64,000 nt of DNA from the human T2T-CHM13v2.0 reference genome, Homo sapiens (GCF_009914755.1 NC_060927.1), one strand, 5' to 3'. Shown: positions 1 to 13,745, counted from the stretch's first letter. Numbers and translations are program-made. Notes: a model not told the origin generated them from the letters alone.

Positions 1-56
1 AGAGAATAAGACACGGAAAAGGGATCAGCAAAAAGTGCAAAGCCCCTGCTTTTCCT

Positions 57-215
57 ACTCAAAGTGAGATCCCTGGACCAGCGGCATCAGCATCACCTTG
101 GAGCTTGTCAGAAGTGCAGAATCTCAGGTTCTGATCCCAGATCTACTGAATCAGAATGTGCACTTTAATACGGTCCCCAGGTGTCCAGTGACACGTTCAA
201 ATTTTGAGAAGCGAT
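57..215 (+). mobile_element. MER5A/MER5A1-like hAT-Charlie MITE
   Basis: ggaccagcggcatcagcatcacc..tactgaatcagaat..tttgagaagc resembles MER5A1 consensus. Confidence 0.7.
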
Positions 216-1259
216 GGCCCAGACAATGAAATAAGAGAATCTGAAGTGGACCAGGGCAGAGGCCTTTTTCCTCAAGCAAGGCTGCTGAGGGTTTCACTAA
301 TTCTGTAGTAAGGTAAGACTTAATCTGTGGATTATTTGGAGTTGGTAGGCTTTGCCTTTTATCCTTTTGGGGATACATTCCGAGGTAAAGGTACATTTTC
401 GGGTTTTGCTGCTGGCAGATACTGGTTCAGATGGACCCCGAATCTTTAGATTCCTGAGACGACTGGGCATATCAGGTGAGCAGTAGCCTTAACAGAAGAC
501 GGCCGCCCCATCCTAATGAACTGCCACCCAGATATAACACAAGTTACAAAATCACTCTGTAAATTATAAAGGACTGTAAAAAACGTAGAGTAGGAATATC
601 ATCAAAGCACTGTCAATCAAGAGGGAGACCTGTAAGGCAATGTGCTCTTCTTTGTCTAGGCTGACTTTATCGTCTGGGCACAGGAGCAAGCAATAGGGTC
701 TGGCCATGAGGATTAAAGAGCTAAGACATTGTCACTCTTGGCATTTGACACTGGAAGAGCAGGAAAAATGGTTAAAATTTTCCTATTTGATACATCTTCT
801 CATAGTCTTCATCTCAAATATGATACTGTAACCCAATTTTAATTGATAGAAACATAGTTACCCAGAAATGGAGGATATACTTAATCAAAAACACATCAAT
901 AACTGACCTGGGGATAGAACTCCTACATAAAATTCTGTGATTCAATTCCTAGTCTACCTAGAATTCAGCCCTTACCTATAGCAAAGTTTATCTAACAGCC
1001 TTCAGGCTGCCAACTAATGAAAAGCCTATCTTTTGCTTTATGATGAATATGAATAATATTAAGAACCATTTTTCCTCAACTGTAACCCATCTTAGAGTAG
1101 CTGTATCTCAACCATGGCCACACTGGTGTGTGTTCATCACCTTTCATTTATTAAATCTCTTTCCTTTAGGTCCCAGAAGAAAGTTTAGGGAATAAAATAT
1201 TAGGTATTAAAGAGAGCTCTCAGACTTAGTCTGGGTCCAGCTGTATCCAACATTTAATA

Positions 1260-1540
1260 CGGTAGCTTTTAAACTCACTGTAGTAAAGAACTATTTTTTT
1301 TTTAAATTTTCATGTCACAGACCAATATTTTTGTAAAAATAGCAAAAATAAACTACTAGAGAAACGCAATGAATAAAACAAGACATACAACGTCCACTGA
1401 TCAGGTACTTGGATATTACAGCAATGTTAAATTGCTATAAAAGTTCTAACTTCTTATTTTCTTATTTTTAATATCTGCAATCGCTTCATCACAGTCTGAT
1501 AAGAAACAGTTTGCAGATGGGCACTGGTCTAGTGGATATG
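1260..1540 (-). mobile_element. hAT-Charlie (Charlie4-like) DNA transposon fragment
   Basis: gtccactgatca..ttggat..caatgttaaattgctataaaagt..aaacagtttgcaga motifs; subfamily uncertain. Confidence 0.5.
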
Positions 1541-1584
1541 CCAACACCTATTATAATGCACACCTGTAACAAAGTGCTAATGCT

Positions 1585-1800
1585 ACTCATTAACATTTAC
1601 AGAGGGCTTTCTATGTATAGTCTTCACTGTTCTAAATCTGGTACATGAATTGCTTCTCACACAATCAAGGGAGGCTGACCCTATTAGTAACTCCATTTAC
1701 AGATGAGGAAACTGAGGCACACTTAAGGTCACTTAGCTAAACCAACATTAAATCCAACTGTTTGCCTCCAGAGCTCTCACTTAACACTCCACTCTGCACA
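1585..1800 (-). mobile_element. MIR SINE
   Basis: MIR core ccatttacagatgaggaaactgaggcac. Confidence 0.75.
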
Positions 1801-4800
1801 CTTCCTCTAAGTAGGTGTGATTCAGGTTACATCTGAATCTACCCCAGGAATAAGTAATACATATTAGGGCACTGGTGATATAGCACGGTAACCAAGAAGA
1901 GTTATTACAATCTGATATCTCTGAATAACATCCTGTGGGAATCAGACACCAGAATAGAGTTGATATATAGTCACGGGAGCAACCCTTTGTATTAATTGGA
2001 AAAATGAATTTTGGCACCCTCTTTTAACACAAACTAAAAAGGTGTTCAAAACTCAGAAAATGTCATGCAAATGGCAACTTTAAAGTTCAATTATGACAGA
2101 TACTAAAAAGGAATAGGGAGCATTTGGGGAACCAAAATAGTGAATAGCTAGGTCATCAGGGTCCAGGAAGAAGTGTCTGAGCACCAGCTGGCACCCTGGC
2201 CCTCCTCTCACGTGGGTTGTAGAGGGTCAAGGTCCTCTTACCTCTTCTCCCACAAACACCCTTTTTCCTCATTCCCTAGGCTAGAACTTTGGTGTTCTCT
2301 GTCTTGCTTGAAATGGGAAGCCAGCGCATGGGTGCCTCATGAAAAGCTTTCTTTTTTTGTGTGCCCTGTGTTTTGAACATTGCTATGTTACAGAAAATGG
2401 ACCTGGTTCCCCATGAAGCTGATATTACATTGCCCGCACTCCATACTGGGGCTGCCCGAGTCTCTACCCTACTGTGTCCTTACATGGCAGAGCCAGCCTG
2501 TCTGAGGTCTCACACTCCCTGGGCCTGCTTCATTGTCTCCAAAGCTGATAACAATGTCTCCTACCTACATCTCGTGCTGATAGATGAATTCCTGAAATGC
2601 CTTTAAAGACCTTCACATCACCCTAAATGCTGCGTTAAGGGAGGACAACTGGTGGAGTAAATGAATAACAGCTGGAACATAAATGGTACCACATGTCAGA
2701 CTTAACCTCTTCAGTAAGAAGACGGGCCCAAAACCGAAGCCTTTCCTTCCTTTTCCATGCACAGAGGAGTAACAACAGCCACAGCTACTGCCACAAATGG
2801 CTGTTATGATTTTCTTTTTACACAAGTGATCACCATAGACCTCTCTAGATTGAAAAGAGATACTCGTTTCCTATCAAAACTCTTGTTTCATTCTTAAAAT
2901 TTACCTTGGTGGGGCAAAATTATAGTCAGCTTTTCCTAAGCAGGGGGCAATGCTGACCAGAATGTCCCATGTTTTTAATTATGGTTCTGAACTGACTCGT
3001 GTACCTTCCCTGAACCAACAGCTGCTTTCAAAGAATTAATTTCTCTTTGTACGAACATGTCTTACCTAAAAATGTGGAAGTTCTTGTGAACACTTTAAGA
3101 CCTTATTTTTCCTTCCATAGAGCATGGGCTGTGAATACTAGCTCTTCAAGTCTGTGGAAGAGTAGAGGGACACAGAAGGACACCTAATACTCCAGGCCAG
3201 GATGGCATGTGCTGGGAGGTGGAAAGGTTGTATGAACTGTGGGAGCTCAGAGGAAAGCACAGATCACTATGTGTGATGGTGGGTGGAAAAGGCCTCATGG
3301 AGAAGTAGTACCAAACTGGAGTCTTGGTTCTGAATGCCAGCTTTCAATGGGAAGAGAGGCACAAAGAGGGCATTCTAGAAGGTGATGGTAAAGGTTAGTG
3401 GGGTACCTCTTTGGGGAGGAATAGGCAAAAGTTACCCTTGACATTCCTTTAATATTCTTTTGAATTATCCATGAAATACTGTGAAAACTGTAACTCTTAT
3501 CCACATTGAAATTTGAGATTCACTGGACTAGATTAAAAGAAGAAATTAAGAGAAACTTAATGAACTGATGTCTGGGCATTTGTATTACTGGCCCTCCAGG
3601 AATTACCATGGACTCACAGCAAGAATTTTACTTTGTTCTTGCCTGTCTGCAAGGTTTACTCTATTACGCTCTACTATGAAGTTTCTATTATCCCGATGCA
3701 TATGAAAAGACTTTTTGTTGTGAGGATTAAACAAATCAGAGGGGAAAGCTCCTAGCACAGGAGCTACCATGTGGTAAGAGCTGGTTTAAAGCTTGATCAG
3801 GCCTACATATGCAGAATTTTTTGCAGAGTTGCAGAGAAGAACTTGGCCCCCTGTTCTCTGCAGTTTGTGTTGTGGACTCAGTGAAGAGCGATTACTTTCA
3901 AGGTCTTGGACAATGTCTTGGGGACATGATGTCTAAGCATGTGCATTACTGTTATTTCAGTAGAGTTAGGTTCTGATGTGACTCCCAGGATGTCAAGATG
4001 GGAACTCTGGAATGACAGGTTGCAAAGGGCCTCGTAGTTGAAAAGGTTCTTTACAGGCTGTGTTGCTTGAGTATACATTAGGGCCACACAATACATCAAA
4101 TATGTCTCTTTGCTGTACTCCATTTCTTTGATGTTCATTGCATGGAATGTAGGATAAATGGAATTCTGGAGCCACTCCAAGGAAGACAGATTTCCTGGAG
4201 TCATTTTTCTTTGAATATAGTTGAGTTACCCTATTTTCCCTTCATTCTCCTGCATGTGCTATTGTTTTATTTCCTTCCCTCCTTTGTATCATCTCTTTTC
4301 ACTTATACCAAAGTCAGATTTACACCTATTCAGTCAGTTTTGACTATAATTTCGCTTTCATTATCCCTTTCTGTTTTCAGGCCTGATTCTTAAAGTGAAG
4401 AGCAAGCATAAAATCTCATAATCACTACCACCATCACTACCAAAACAACAAAAAAAACGCAACATTCATGTAACTAAGCCAGAGGATTGGAGAAACTATA
4501 ATCACACACTTTGTCTTAAACTTTTCTTACACAAACAACTTCTTTTTCCCCCATGACTTTCACGGCTTTGGCTGAAGTTTGCAGGCTGGATCTGAGGGAA
4601 CTGTAACCTTCCTCTACCCTCCTCTGCCCCAGGCCTGTGTCAGGACCCTTTCTCCTTTTTTCCTTGGGTCTCCCCTTCTGCTTTTTGCCATCATCATCCT
4701 CTCTCCCTATCTTTTCTCATTTGTCATATTTATCTCCCACTGCTGCTTTCTCTCCACAATTTCCATCCCTCAAAGTTTCCATCCCCAACTGGGGCCTGTG

Positions 4801-6053
4801 CCTAACCTCCTACTAAGACCACCTGTGACAAATTGCCCCCATTCTGATGGTGCCTGATTATAGCAGCCTCCCTGGCGCCACATTCATTTGGCAAAGGCAT
4901 CTTCTAGGCAATGATCACTCCACTGCTCAGCTCAGCCAGTTACAGAGGTGCCCAGAGCTCACCCTCTCCCTCCCCAGCTTCAACTGGGCCCTGGCAGACA
5001 AATAACTTGATGTTGAAGGGTAGATAGGACTTGCACGGTATTGAAAGGTATAGATCTCTTCTCCAACCTGACACCTTCTCCTTTGCAATGCATAATAGCC
5101 CTTGTACCCTTTTGCTTCTTCAGAATTAATTTAAAAAATATAAATGCTTTGCTTGGCTGTCCTGTTATTTAGCCTCTGTTGGTTTATTATTTACATATAA
5201 ACATTCTTTCTAAAACAGGAGCAGGAAAAGTGCAAGTGGGCTCACCTGGTGCTTCTAACAAAACTCACTTAATTTATTCAGTCATTTGGCACAAGAAAGC
5301 CTCCTGTCTGCTTCAGTTTTCCATTCTTTCTAGGATGCTAATTGTTTTTCTTTTGATAATCTTGTAGTTTTGGCCTGAAGTCTAAAATCTGGCCTGCTGG
5401 GCTACATGTCAGATTTGTAAATTAGATGACATCTGTTTTGAATTTTATCATCTTTAATTTTCTTTCAAGCTCCCTTCACTTATTCATTTCCCCTTTAATT
5501 GTAAGGATCAGATTTTGCTGCATGCTTTAGACAAAAGTGCAGACCTTTCTGCTTTGGGGGCAGGTTAAAATGACTGAAGTTAAATGGTCACAATGAAGGG
5601 TATTCAAGGAAAAGATGTTGGGAGAGAAGCCTTAGCAACCATTCCAGAGAGGATGAGCCGTTCAGACAAAAGGCTGGCTGTCCACACGAGGGTTTAGAGA
5701 TTCCCACTGAATAATTACAATCGATTAGAAGAAGATTGACAGCGAGGGGTTGAACTGAGAGAAGTATTTTCAATTGAGAGAGGTTGAGGTGGGGGATGAT
5801 GGCAGTCGTGGTAGGAGGTGAGTGGTGACCTTTTCATCTCTTTACATTTCATTTTGCCCTTTCTTTGTTTCCTACTCTCCTGCCCTCTCACCTCAGAAAA
5901 ATACTAAAAAAAAAAAAAAAGATATTTAAAATGCATTCTCATACATGCAGACTCATATTTTCATAGTGGGACCTTATTTTTTCTTCCTACCTACATATCT
6001 CCTAAATTCTTCTTTTCATGGGGAAATTGTTCATTGCTAATTGGGTTGGGCCT

Positions 6054-6428
6054 TGATATGGTTATGCTTTGTGTCCCCACCCAAATCTCATCTTGAATTA
6101 TAATCCCCATAATCTCCACGTGTCAAGGGAGAGACTAGGTGGAGGTAATTGAATCATAGGGGCAGTTTCCCCCATGCTGTTTTCGTGATAGTGAGTGAGT
6201 TCCCATGAGAGCTGATGGTTTTATAAGGGGCTGTTTCTGCTTTGCTTGGCACGTCTTCTTGCTGCCTTGTGAAGATGGTGTCTTGCTTCCCCTTTGCTGT
6301 CTTCCATGATTGTAAGTTTCCTGACGTCTCCCAGCCATGCCGAACTGTGAGTTAATTAAACCTCTATCCTTTATAAATTACTCACTCTCAGGCAGTTCTT
6401 TACAACAGTATGAAAATGGACTAATACA
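6054..6428 (+). mobile_element. THE1D-like solo LTR (ERVL-MaLR)
   Basis: TGATATGG..GGACTAATACA termini; perfect 5-bp TSD GGCCT (6049-6053 / 6429-6433). Confidence 0.9.
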
Positions 6429-6884
6429 GGCCTACTTATTAAAAATATATTTTCCTGTTAAGATGCCTATGTAACACACTTATATAATATTTTTTCTCTT
6501 TATATAAAGCTTTTCACATATATAATCTCAGAAATGTCAACTGGCCTCTTGAAACCTTGTGTCCATAGGGAAAATAGAGAATAGGTGAGCACTGGCCAGG
6601 ACATGGGCCAAACTTTCACTCATGGCACATGTTAGCCATGGCTTGGAGAAGACACACAGTTCAGCTGTGCATACAGCACAGAATGGCTCCCTCAAATACC
6701 AGCTGCAGAGACTGTAAACCAAACTTCTGAAACCACGTCATTAAAATTGGCCAACAGCGACTTTGTGGGTGCATATAAATGGCAAATCTTTTTAATGATG
6801 CTGGCCTTGACTCTCCTGGATGCTGCCATGTGTTCAGGTCATTGCCAGTTAACTTATGGGTCTATGAAAATGCTATTTTTGAAT

Positions 6885-6886
<2 letters not shown>

Positions 6887-6938
<52 letters not shown>
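6887..6938. repeat. (TA)26 microsatellite
   Basis: Uninterrupted TA run. Confidence 0.97.
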
Positions 6939-6941
<3 letters not shown>

Positions 6942-7160
6942 GTGATTCTCAAGTGGGGGAGGTTTTTGTTTCCTTGGGGACATTTAGCAAAACCTGGAGA
7001 CATTTTTGGTTGTCACAATTGAAAGGGGGTGCTTCTTCTATCATCTAGTGGGTAGAGGCCAGCACATTGCTGGTGAATATTCTATAATGCATATGGCAAT
7101 CTCACAACTGAGTGTTATCTAGCCCAAATATCAATAATACCAGGGTTAAGAAACCCTTGT
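6939..7160 (+). mobile_element. MER20 (hAT-Charlie)
   Basis: ggggacattt..ctggagacatttttggttgtcacaa..catctagtgggtagaggccag..aagaaaccct. Confidence 0.85.
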
Positions 7161-7329
7161 AATAGGCATCTGTATATCAAACCAGGTGACAACACATTTT
7201 TATATGCTCAATCAAACTCATTGTGTTGAAAGAAAAGGAATTTACCGACTCTACCTCTGTGAATAGTTATTGACTTTGATGACACTATTGGTCAGATTAC
7301 ATTCTCTGTGTGTAGGGGTTAAGAGATCG

Positions 7330-9470
7330 TCCCAGGTTGGCTTCCCTCCTGCGAACTCCTTTCTTGGTTATCAGCATCATCTCCATTTCTATGCGGTCAT
7401 TCAAGCTACATATCTCTGGGTGTTCATCCACCCCCCTCTTCTTCTTACTCCACCTCCAATAGGTGATCACTTCCTCATAATTTTGTGTCCTCTAATATAA
7501 TGATCTGCCCTGACTTCTTAGGCTCTCATCATTTTGTCTAGACCTCTCACTTTGTCTCTTGCCAACTGGCTGCTCCAACCAAATTAATTCAATGCTTCAT
7601 GATGTTAGTTACTCGTGATTTACTTATTCATTTGGTGAAAATATTTGAGTGCTTACTATCTGTTAATTCCTGTGCTAAGAGCTGTGATCATTCTCTGGAT
7701 TAAAATCTTTCCAAGCCTCCATGTTGCTTACAGAACAAACCCTTGCTTCTAACACAGCATGAAAGGCCTCTGATAATCTGCCTCTGACCTAACTTTTCAA
7801 CTTACTTTCCTGCCCTACTGAACAAATTATCTTTCCTCAGTCTGAGCACATATTATTAAGCCCTTGTATCTTTGTATGTGCTATTTTTTTTAATTTGTGG
7901 TATCCTTTTTACCCTTATCTGGGGAATTTTCGTTCATTCTGTGCAACTTGACCTAGTGTCTAGAGAAATGCTTGGCACATGGAAGATAATAAATAGGAAA
8001 TGAACTTAAATTTTACCTTCTCTGTGAAATATTCGACTTTCTGGCTGCTGGTCAGTACATCCCTTTTTCACCATAGCCCATTGTATGCACTTTTAGCACA
8101 TCACATCCTCTGACTGTGACTCTTGATGGTAAGGATAGTACCTTATATCTCTTAGGACCTCCAGGCTCTACACCATGCTGAACATAAAGTAGACCCAAAT
8201 GACTAAATGCTCACTACTCTATCAAGATGGCTTCTCATGGAATTCTTGTTTCACACTGGAAATGGCATGCATCATTTGTTATTCCAAAAAACCCACAGAA
8301 TTTGACACTAGTCTCAAATGGGCCCCACCCTCCTCCATAACTGAGCACCTTCCATTGCCTGTGATCTGAATTATGGAGATGGGGTCGAGTCCATCCTCTG
8401 TCATTTAGTCATTGTGTAACATTGGGAAGATATTTAACCAGTATCTGAGCCTCTGTTTCTTCTTCTATAAAGTAGGAGTAAGTGACATCTGCCCTTCTTG
8501 CCTTGTAGAATGGTCATGAGGATCAAATGAGATTACATACATAAAGGGCTTTTGTAACTTCTAAAGGTCATAAAGCTTTTTAAGTTTCTCTCTATTCAAA
8601 CCAGAGCAAAAACAAATAAAACCCCTCCCTCAACCTTGCATGGCCTTGTATATTTTTTCCAAAGACAAGCTTCTTGAAAAGGCCAGTTTGTGCATTGTGT
8701 CCACTCTCTCTGCAAGCCCCATCACCCTGTTTTCTGCTAGCCACACCAATGGCAGCTTCCTCACCTCAATCGTCAATAATTTCCTCATGGCCAACACCTA
8801 TGCACACTTTTCTGCTCTTCCCTCACTTGATCTGGCTCATCTGCCTCTTCCTGAGACATCCTCTGCACTGGGGCCAGGGTGAGCTTCCTAAAATCTGGAC
8901 TGATTATACCCTGCCATGTACAAAGCTCCACAATCACTCCTCACTGCTTAGAGGGTAAAACTGAACTCCTTAGTCCACTCTGTTGAGCCTATCATCCACT
9001 GGTCCCTGCCTACCACTTCATCAGCATCTCCTAATGTTATTTTCCTTGTAACATAACCCTAGTCATACAAAATGACTTCTGTTTCCAGAAAGTGCTTTTT
9101 CAAATGCTGCCCAAAAGACAGCCTGGTGAAATCTGGTCATCTTTCACTACTTGGTTCAAAATATCACCTCTTCAGAGGAAACTCTTCTGATAACAACTTC
9201 CCACCCCTCTCCCTTTGATGCAGAAGTACATACTCTATCTCTGTATTTTCCATGCCCCTTGAACTCATCTTGATAAGCATAACCTTTCGGCCATTCTGCT
9301 ATTCTCCCATTATGCACTTAAATATTTATCTCATACTAGTCAGTGAGCTTCTTGAATACAAGAAACCTGCTATTATCTCTCTATATATGTCTAGCTTCCT
9401 GATACATAGTAAGCTATGTTTGACTATTCAGTATGACAATTTAAATTGTTAACTGCTTGTTGAGTAAATA
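7330..9470. mobile_element. Degraded L2 fragments with an interspersed MIR (about 8375-8570)
   Basis: L2 3'-end motifs (attcattt..atatttgagtgcttactat; tgttgagtaaataaa) and MIR core ctgagcctctgtttcttcttctataaa. Confidence 0.55.
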
Positions 9471-9735
9471 AACGGGTGCTATAAAATATTACTTGCACTA
9501 TGTTCTAATTCTTTTACCATATTTTGTGAACCTTTTAAATTTATTGTTTTGTTACATTCTGGTTTTCACACATTTAGAAGAAAGATTCTGGCAAGTGCCA
9601 TAATTTATACAGATATTATTCTCTGTTGAGATACAGGTTTTAGCTTCCTTTGGAAGTTAGAGAGGCTTAACTGTCTGCATTCTACCCCCACAGGTGCACA
9701 GCAGCTCCCTGAGGTACACAGAAGCTCTTGCTCAC

Positions 9736-9956
9736 CTGCCACTTCCAGCCTTGGTATTTTCCAGTTGTCGGGTAAGGAGTTTAGCAATGGCGGTGAAGCT
9801 GTTGCTCATGCGGAAGATGTCTCTGCTCTGAGGGCCCAAGATTGAGGAGAAGGTGTCGGTGATGCTTTTAATCTCCAGCAGGAGAATATGGTGAAACGAA
9901 TGCTCCATGTTGGCCAGTTGGCTCACCAGGTATGTCAGGCAGCTCCTGGCTCTCTC
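9736..9956 (-). CDS. VEPH1: VEPH1 internal coding exon, 221 nt (phase 0 in, phase 2 out): [73 protein letters not shown](R)
   Basis: Acceptor TTGTTTTTGGTAG|; donor CAG|GTGAGC; ORF 9732..9926 carries the peptide; frame continuous with the 210-nt exon. Confidence 0.95.
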
Positions 9957-10004
9957 CTACCAAAAACAATGAAGAAAATAGGTTTATCTTTTAGAAGAAA
10001 ATCA

Positions 10005-10390
<386 letters not shown>

Positions 10391-11402
10391 TCAAGTTGAA
10401 TAATCAGTTTCATTCATAGTTCCTCTGAGTCTGCTTCTTTGAGATTTTTAATTTATTCCTGATTTCCAGGACAGACTAATATGCAAACATACTCATTAAC
10501 CTATCTTTCCAGGTCAAAACCTCTCAACCATCATAAATGATGAGACCCCACACATGCACCTCTCACAACTATGTGAGCTGCTAACTCCACCTGCACGGGG
10601 CAGGTACGGTCCATGGTCTCAAAGTGAGCCTTGACCCTGGCACACTTAAACCATCTGTCTGTCGGGGTGATGGTTGCATATTCCACTAGTGTGCTAGGTT
10701 GATTTCCTTGCTGCAGGTTTTCTCACTGACTTGTTAACTTTAAGCATCTTTCAGTGTATTACAGTTTTTATATGCTTGGCCGATTGAGTAGATTATATTA
10801 TCTAGGTTTAACCAAGCTAACTTTCACAGTCATTTAAGTTCCTTCAAAGAATGAAAGATTAAGGACAATATGAATAATGTAGGCATGAGCAAATAAGAAA
10901 ATGGCTTAGCTGACACATCTCTTATACCTATTAAAACTCCTCATTAGCCATATTTTGAGGCAACATGATCTAATCTGACATGACTGGAAGTTAGCCAAAA
11001 AATTCAATATTCAAAATTATTGAAAAGGTTATTTGAAATGTAGATTTGTGCCCAATAGAAATAATGATATACCATTAATAAATAACAATTTAAAATATGG
11101 CTTATTTCACCTTTAACTTTTCTTTTAAAATCTTATTTTTGTGTATGTCTAAAATTTTTTCTTGTTAGTATAGTGGAACATATGTATAAATATAAATAAA
11201 TATATACTGGAAGTTGCTGCTCACAATCCTTCTGACTAACTGGTGCACAGATCTAGATTACTCTTCTCGTTAGGAATTCTTATTTACCCTTTGTGCTAGC
11301 ATTTGAAGCCTTAATTTCCTTCAAGGTGCAACTCTTCCATGCAGCTGTCTCCAGTGACTCCTGTGTAAATTTTTACTGCATTATAGACTCTTTAAAAATC
11401 TT

Positions 11403-11708
11403 AATTTTATTTTATTTCAGTATCTTTTTGAGACAGAGTTTTACTCTGTTGACCAGGCTGGAGTGCAGAGGTGTGATCATGGCTCACTGCAGCCTTGACC
11501 TCCTGGGCTCAAGCTATCCTGCTGCCTCAGTCTCCTATGTAGGTGCACCACAGGTGTGTGCCACCACACTCAGCTATTTTTTATTTTTATTTTTTTTTGT
11601 AGAGACAGGGTCTCACCGTGTTGCCCAGGCTGGCCTGGGCTCAAGTAATCCTCCTGCCTCAGCCTCCCAAAATGCTAGGATTACAGGCGTGAGCCACCGT
11701 GTCCAGCC
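11403..11708 (-). mobile_element. AluJ
   Basis: Reverse Alu with J-type sequence (ctcactgcagccttgacctcctgggctcaag); TSD AAAAATCTT. Confidence 0.93.
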
Positions 11709-12594
11709 AAAAATCTTTTTAGTACTTAATTGCATTTGATCATTTGCTTACTCATGCTTTTATTTAATCACCAAATAGGTATGGCATGCCTATAATATGC
11801 TTTTACTAGACTCTAGATAACAAAGGTGAATGAAAGGATGCCCTTGCTTTTAAAGAACACACAATCCCCCTCACCTTTTATTTATAATTTCCTAATGGTT
11901 ACATGTGCCAGTCAAGTCTTCTAAAGGAGCTACTTCTCAGTCATCAGTCATCAACCTGGCACTAAATTGAGCCTGTGGATTCTACACCCAGTGTGTGTGT
12001 CTCAATTTACTGATTTAAGAAAACCTTATATATCAAAATATGACCTTATAAATAAAGTATGTTGTTACAAAGGAATTCTGTGCTTTACAATAAATATTTA
12101 ATACAGAACAAATTTAAGTAGTGAAGTTCCCTCATTTTTGGTACTTGATTTTCAAAGATTCCATGTACAGTTGCACTGGAACATATCTCTTGGGGTAAAT
12201 GGGGTACTTCTGCCATCAATCCCTTATTTATTTTTTAAACCCCACTAGGGCACAGTGTCCTGTATGGGTATGTGAGACAGAGGCTTGTGCTTTCATGAGC
12301 TGGACAGCTAGTTGAAGCTAAAGACATCTATTCATCAAAGAATAATGTTAGATGAATGAAAATAAAAGACCCCTGGAATATGTTCCTGGAGACCCTGTTT
12401 CATATTTTGGGTCATACAATTGCCAGGTTGCAGAACAATACTTAAATGCTCTTGGATCCAACAGTTTTTGTTTTTTTTTGCAACATAGACTCATTTATTA
12501 ATTCAAAGTCTCCATGTGTGAATTCATGATATGCAATGCATCAAGGGACATTTTCTATTCCTGATTTAAAGGTAAAAGCTGGATGTGGGGGGTC

Positions 12595-12830
12595 CCTACC
12601 ATATGCCAGACCCCCTTCTAGAAGTCAGGAACATATCACTGAAGAAAAAGCACAAAAATTCCTGCCACAATAATGAGGCAGACAGACAATAAACAAAATA
12701 TCTTTGTAAAATGTATAGTGTGTTAGATGGAGAAACGTGCCTCAAAGGAAAATGAAGCAGAAGGGGGAGCCAATGGTAAATAGTGTACTTAGGACACATC
12801 TCAGAGAGAAGGCGACATTTGAATTTGGCA
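12595..12830 (-). mobile_element. L2 fragment
   Basis: taccatatgccaga..gcagacagacaataaacaa..ggaaaatgaagcag resembles reverse L2a 3' region. Confidence 0.55.
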
Positions 12831-13579
12831 AGGTTTCAGACTCTAAACTCAACATTCTCAGTAACCTTAGAAAACAATTACCATAAATTTATCCTGCTTG
12901 ATATAGGGTGGTAGGAAGATACAGGAACTGAATTTTATATGCTGTTTGTCCTACTAAGATGTAATTTAAAATTTGAGGTAACTTCCTTACTTTCAGAAGT
13001 AGATTTTTCATTAGAATTTTTAAAAACCGTTTCACAAACATTTCATTTGCTTATGCAATAAGTGTCCCCATGGTTTCATTAAGAATCCTTCTCACTATAA
13101 AAATTTGCAAGCCCCTTCTTTAAAGCATGTGTCTTTTAAAAGGTGAAGGTCGTTGTTTGGGTATTTGCCGAAATCAACATAATTCTGAATGATCGCTGGC
13201 AGCCAACTGAGTTGAAGGGAAAATTAATCACAGTGCAGGAACAGGAAAAATTATAACTGCTCTGGAACTAAAGTATGAAACCAAGCCAACCTCACATCAT
13301 TTGTTCTGAAACCTTGGAGCACATCCATGTACCTCACAGGGGTAACAGATGTGATTTTGGATTAGAAAGTGTAATATTAGGGCAGGAAGGGGGTTAGGAG
13401 ATTCTGATTTCCTTCTCAGCTTCATGATATTTTGCCTCTGAGGGCTAGTGACTGGATTTTCCTGCTTTCAGTCACCCCATTGAGGGGTAGGGTCAGCACC
13501 TGTAAGCCTTAATTGTGGGTCTGACCTTATCCCTGCTGACACAAATTCATTGTTTATTATTAAACAAAAATAGCTGGCC

Positions 13580-13745
13580 CAGAGAGGGCACTTACTCTAA
13601 GCACCAAGCATATTCTATACTCTTTTCAGGTATTTACTCATATAATCCTCCAAATAATGCTATAAGTACTAGAATCATTGCCACTTTAACAAGGAGGAAA
13701 CTGAAGCACAGATAGGAGACTAACTTGCTCAAGGCCACATATGCC
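13580..13745 (-). mobile_element. MIR
   Basis: aggaggaaactgaagcacaga..taacttgctcaaggccaca. Confidence 0.7.

Noticed and set aside
6747-7048. ORFs with YIYIYI runs (and YLSI runs at 17906-18400)
   Set aside because: Translations of the (TA)n and (AGAT)n microsatellites
11293-11739. 148-aa ORF (and ORFs at 55371-55974)
   Set aside because: Typical Alu-derived open frames
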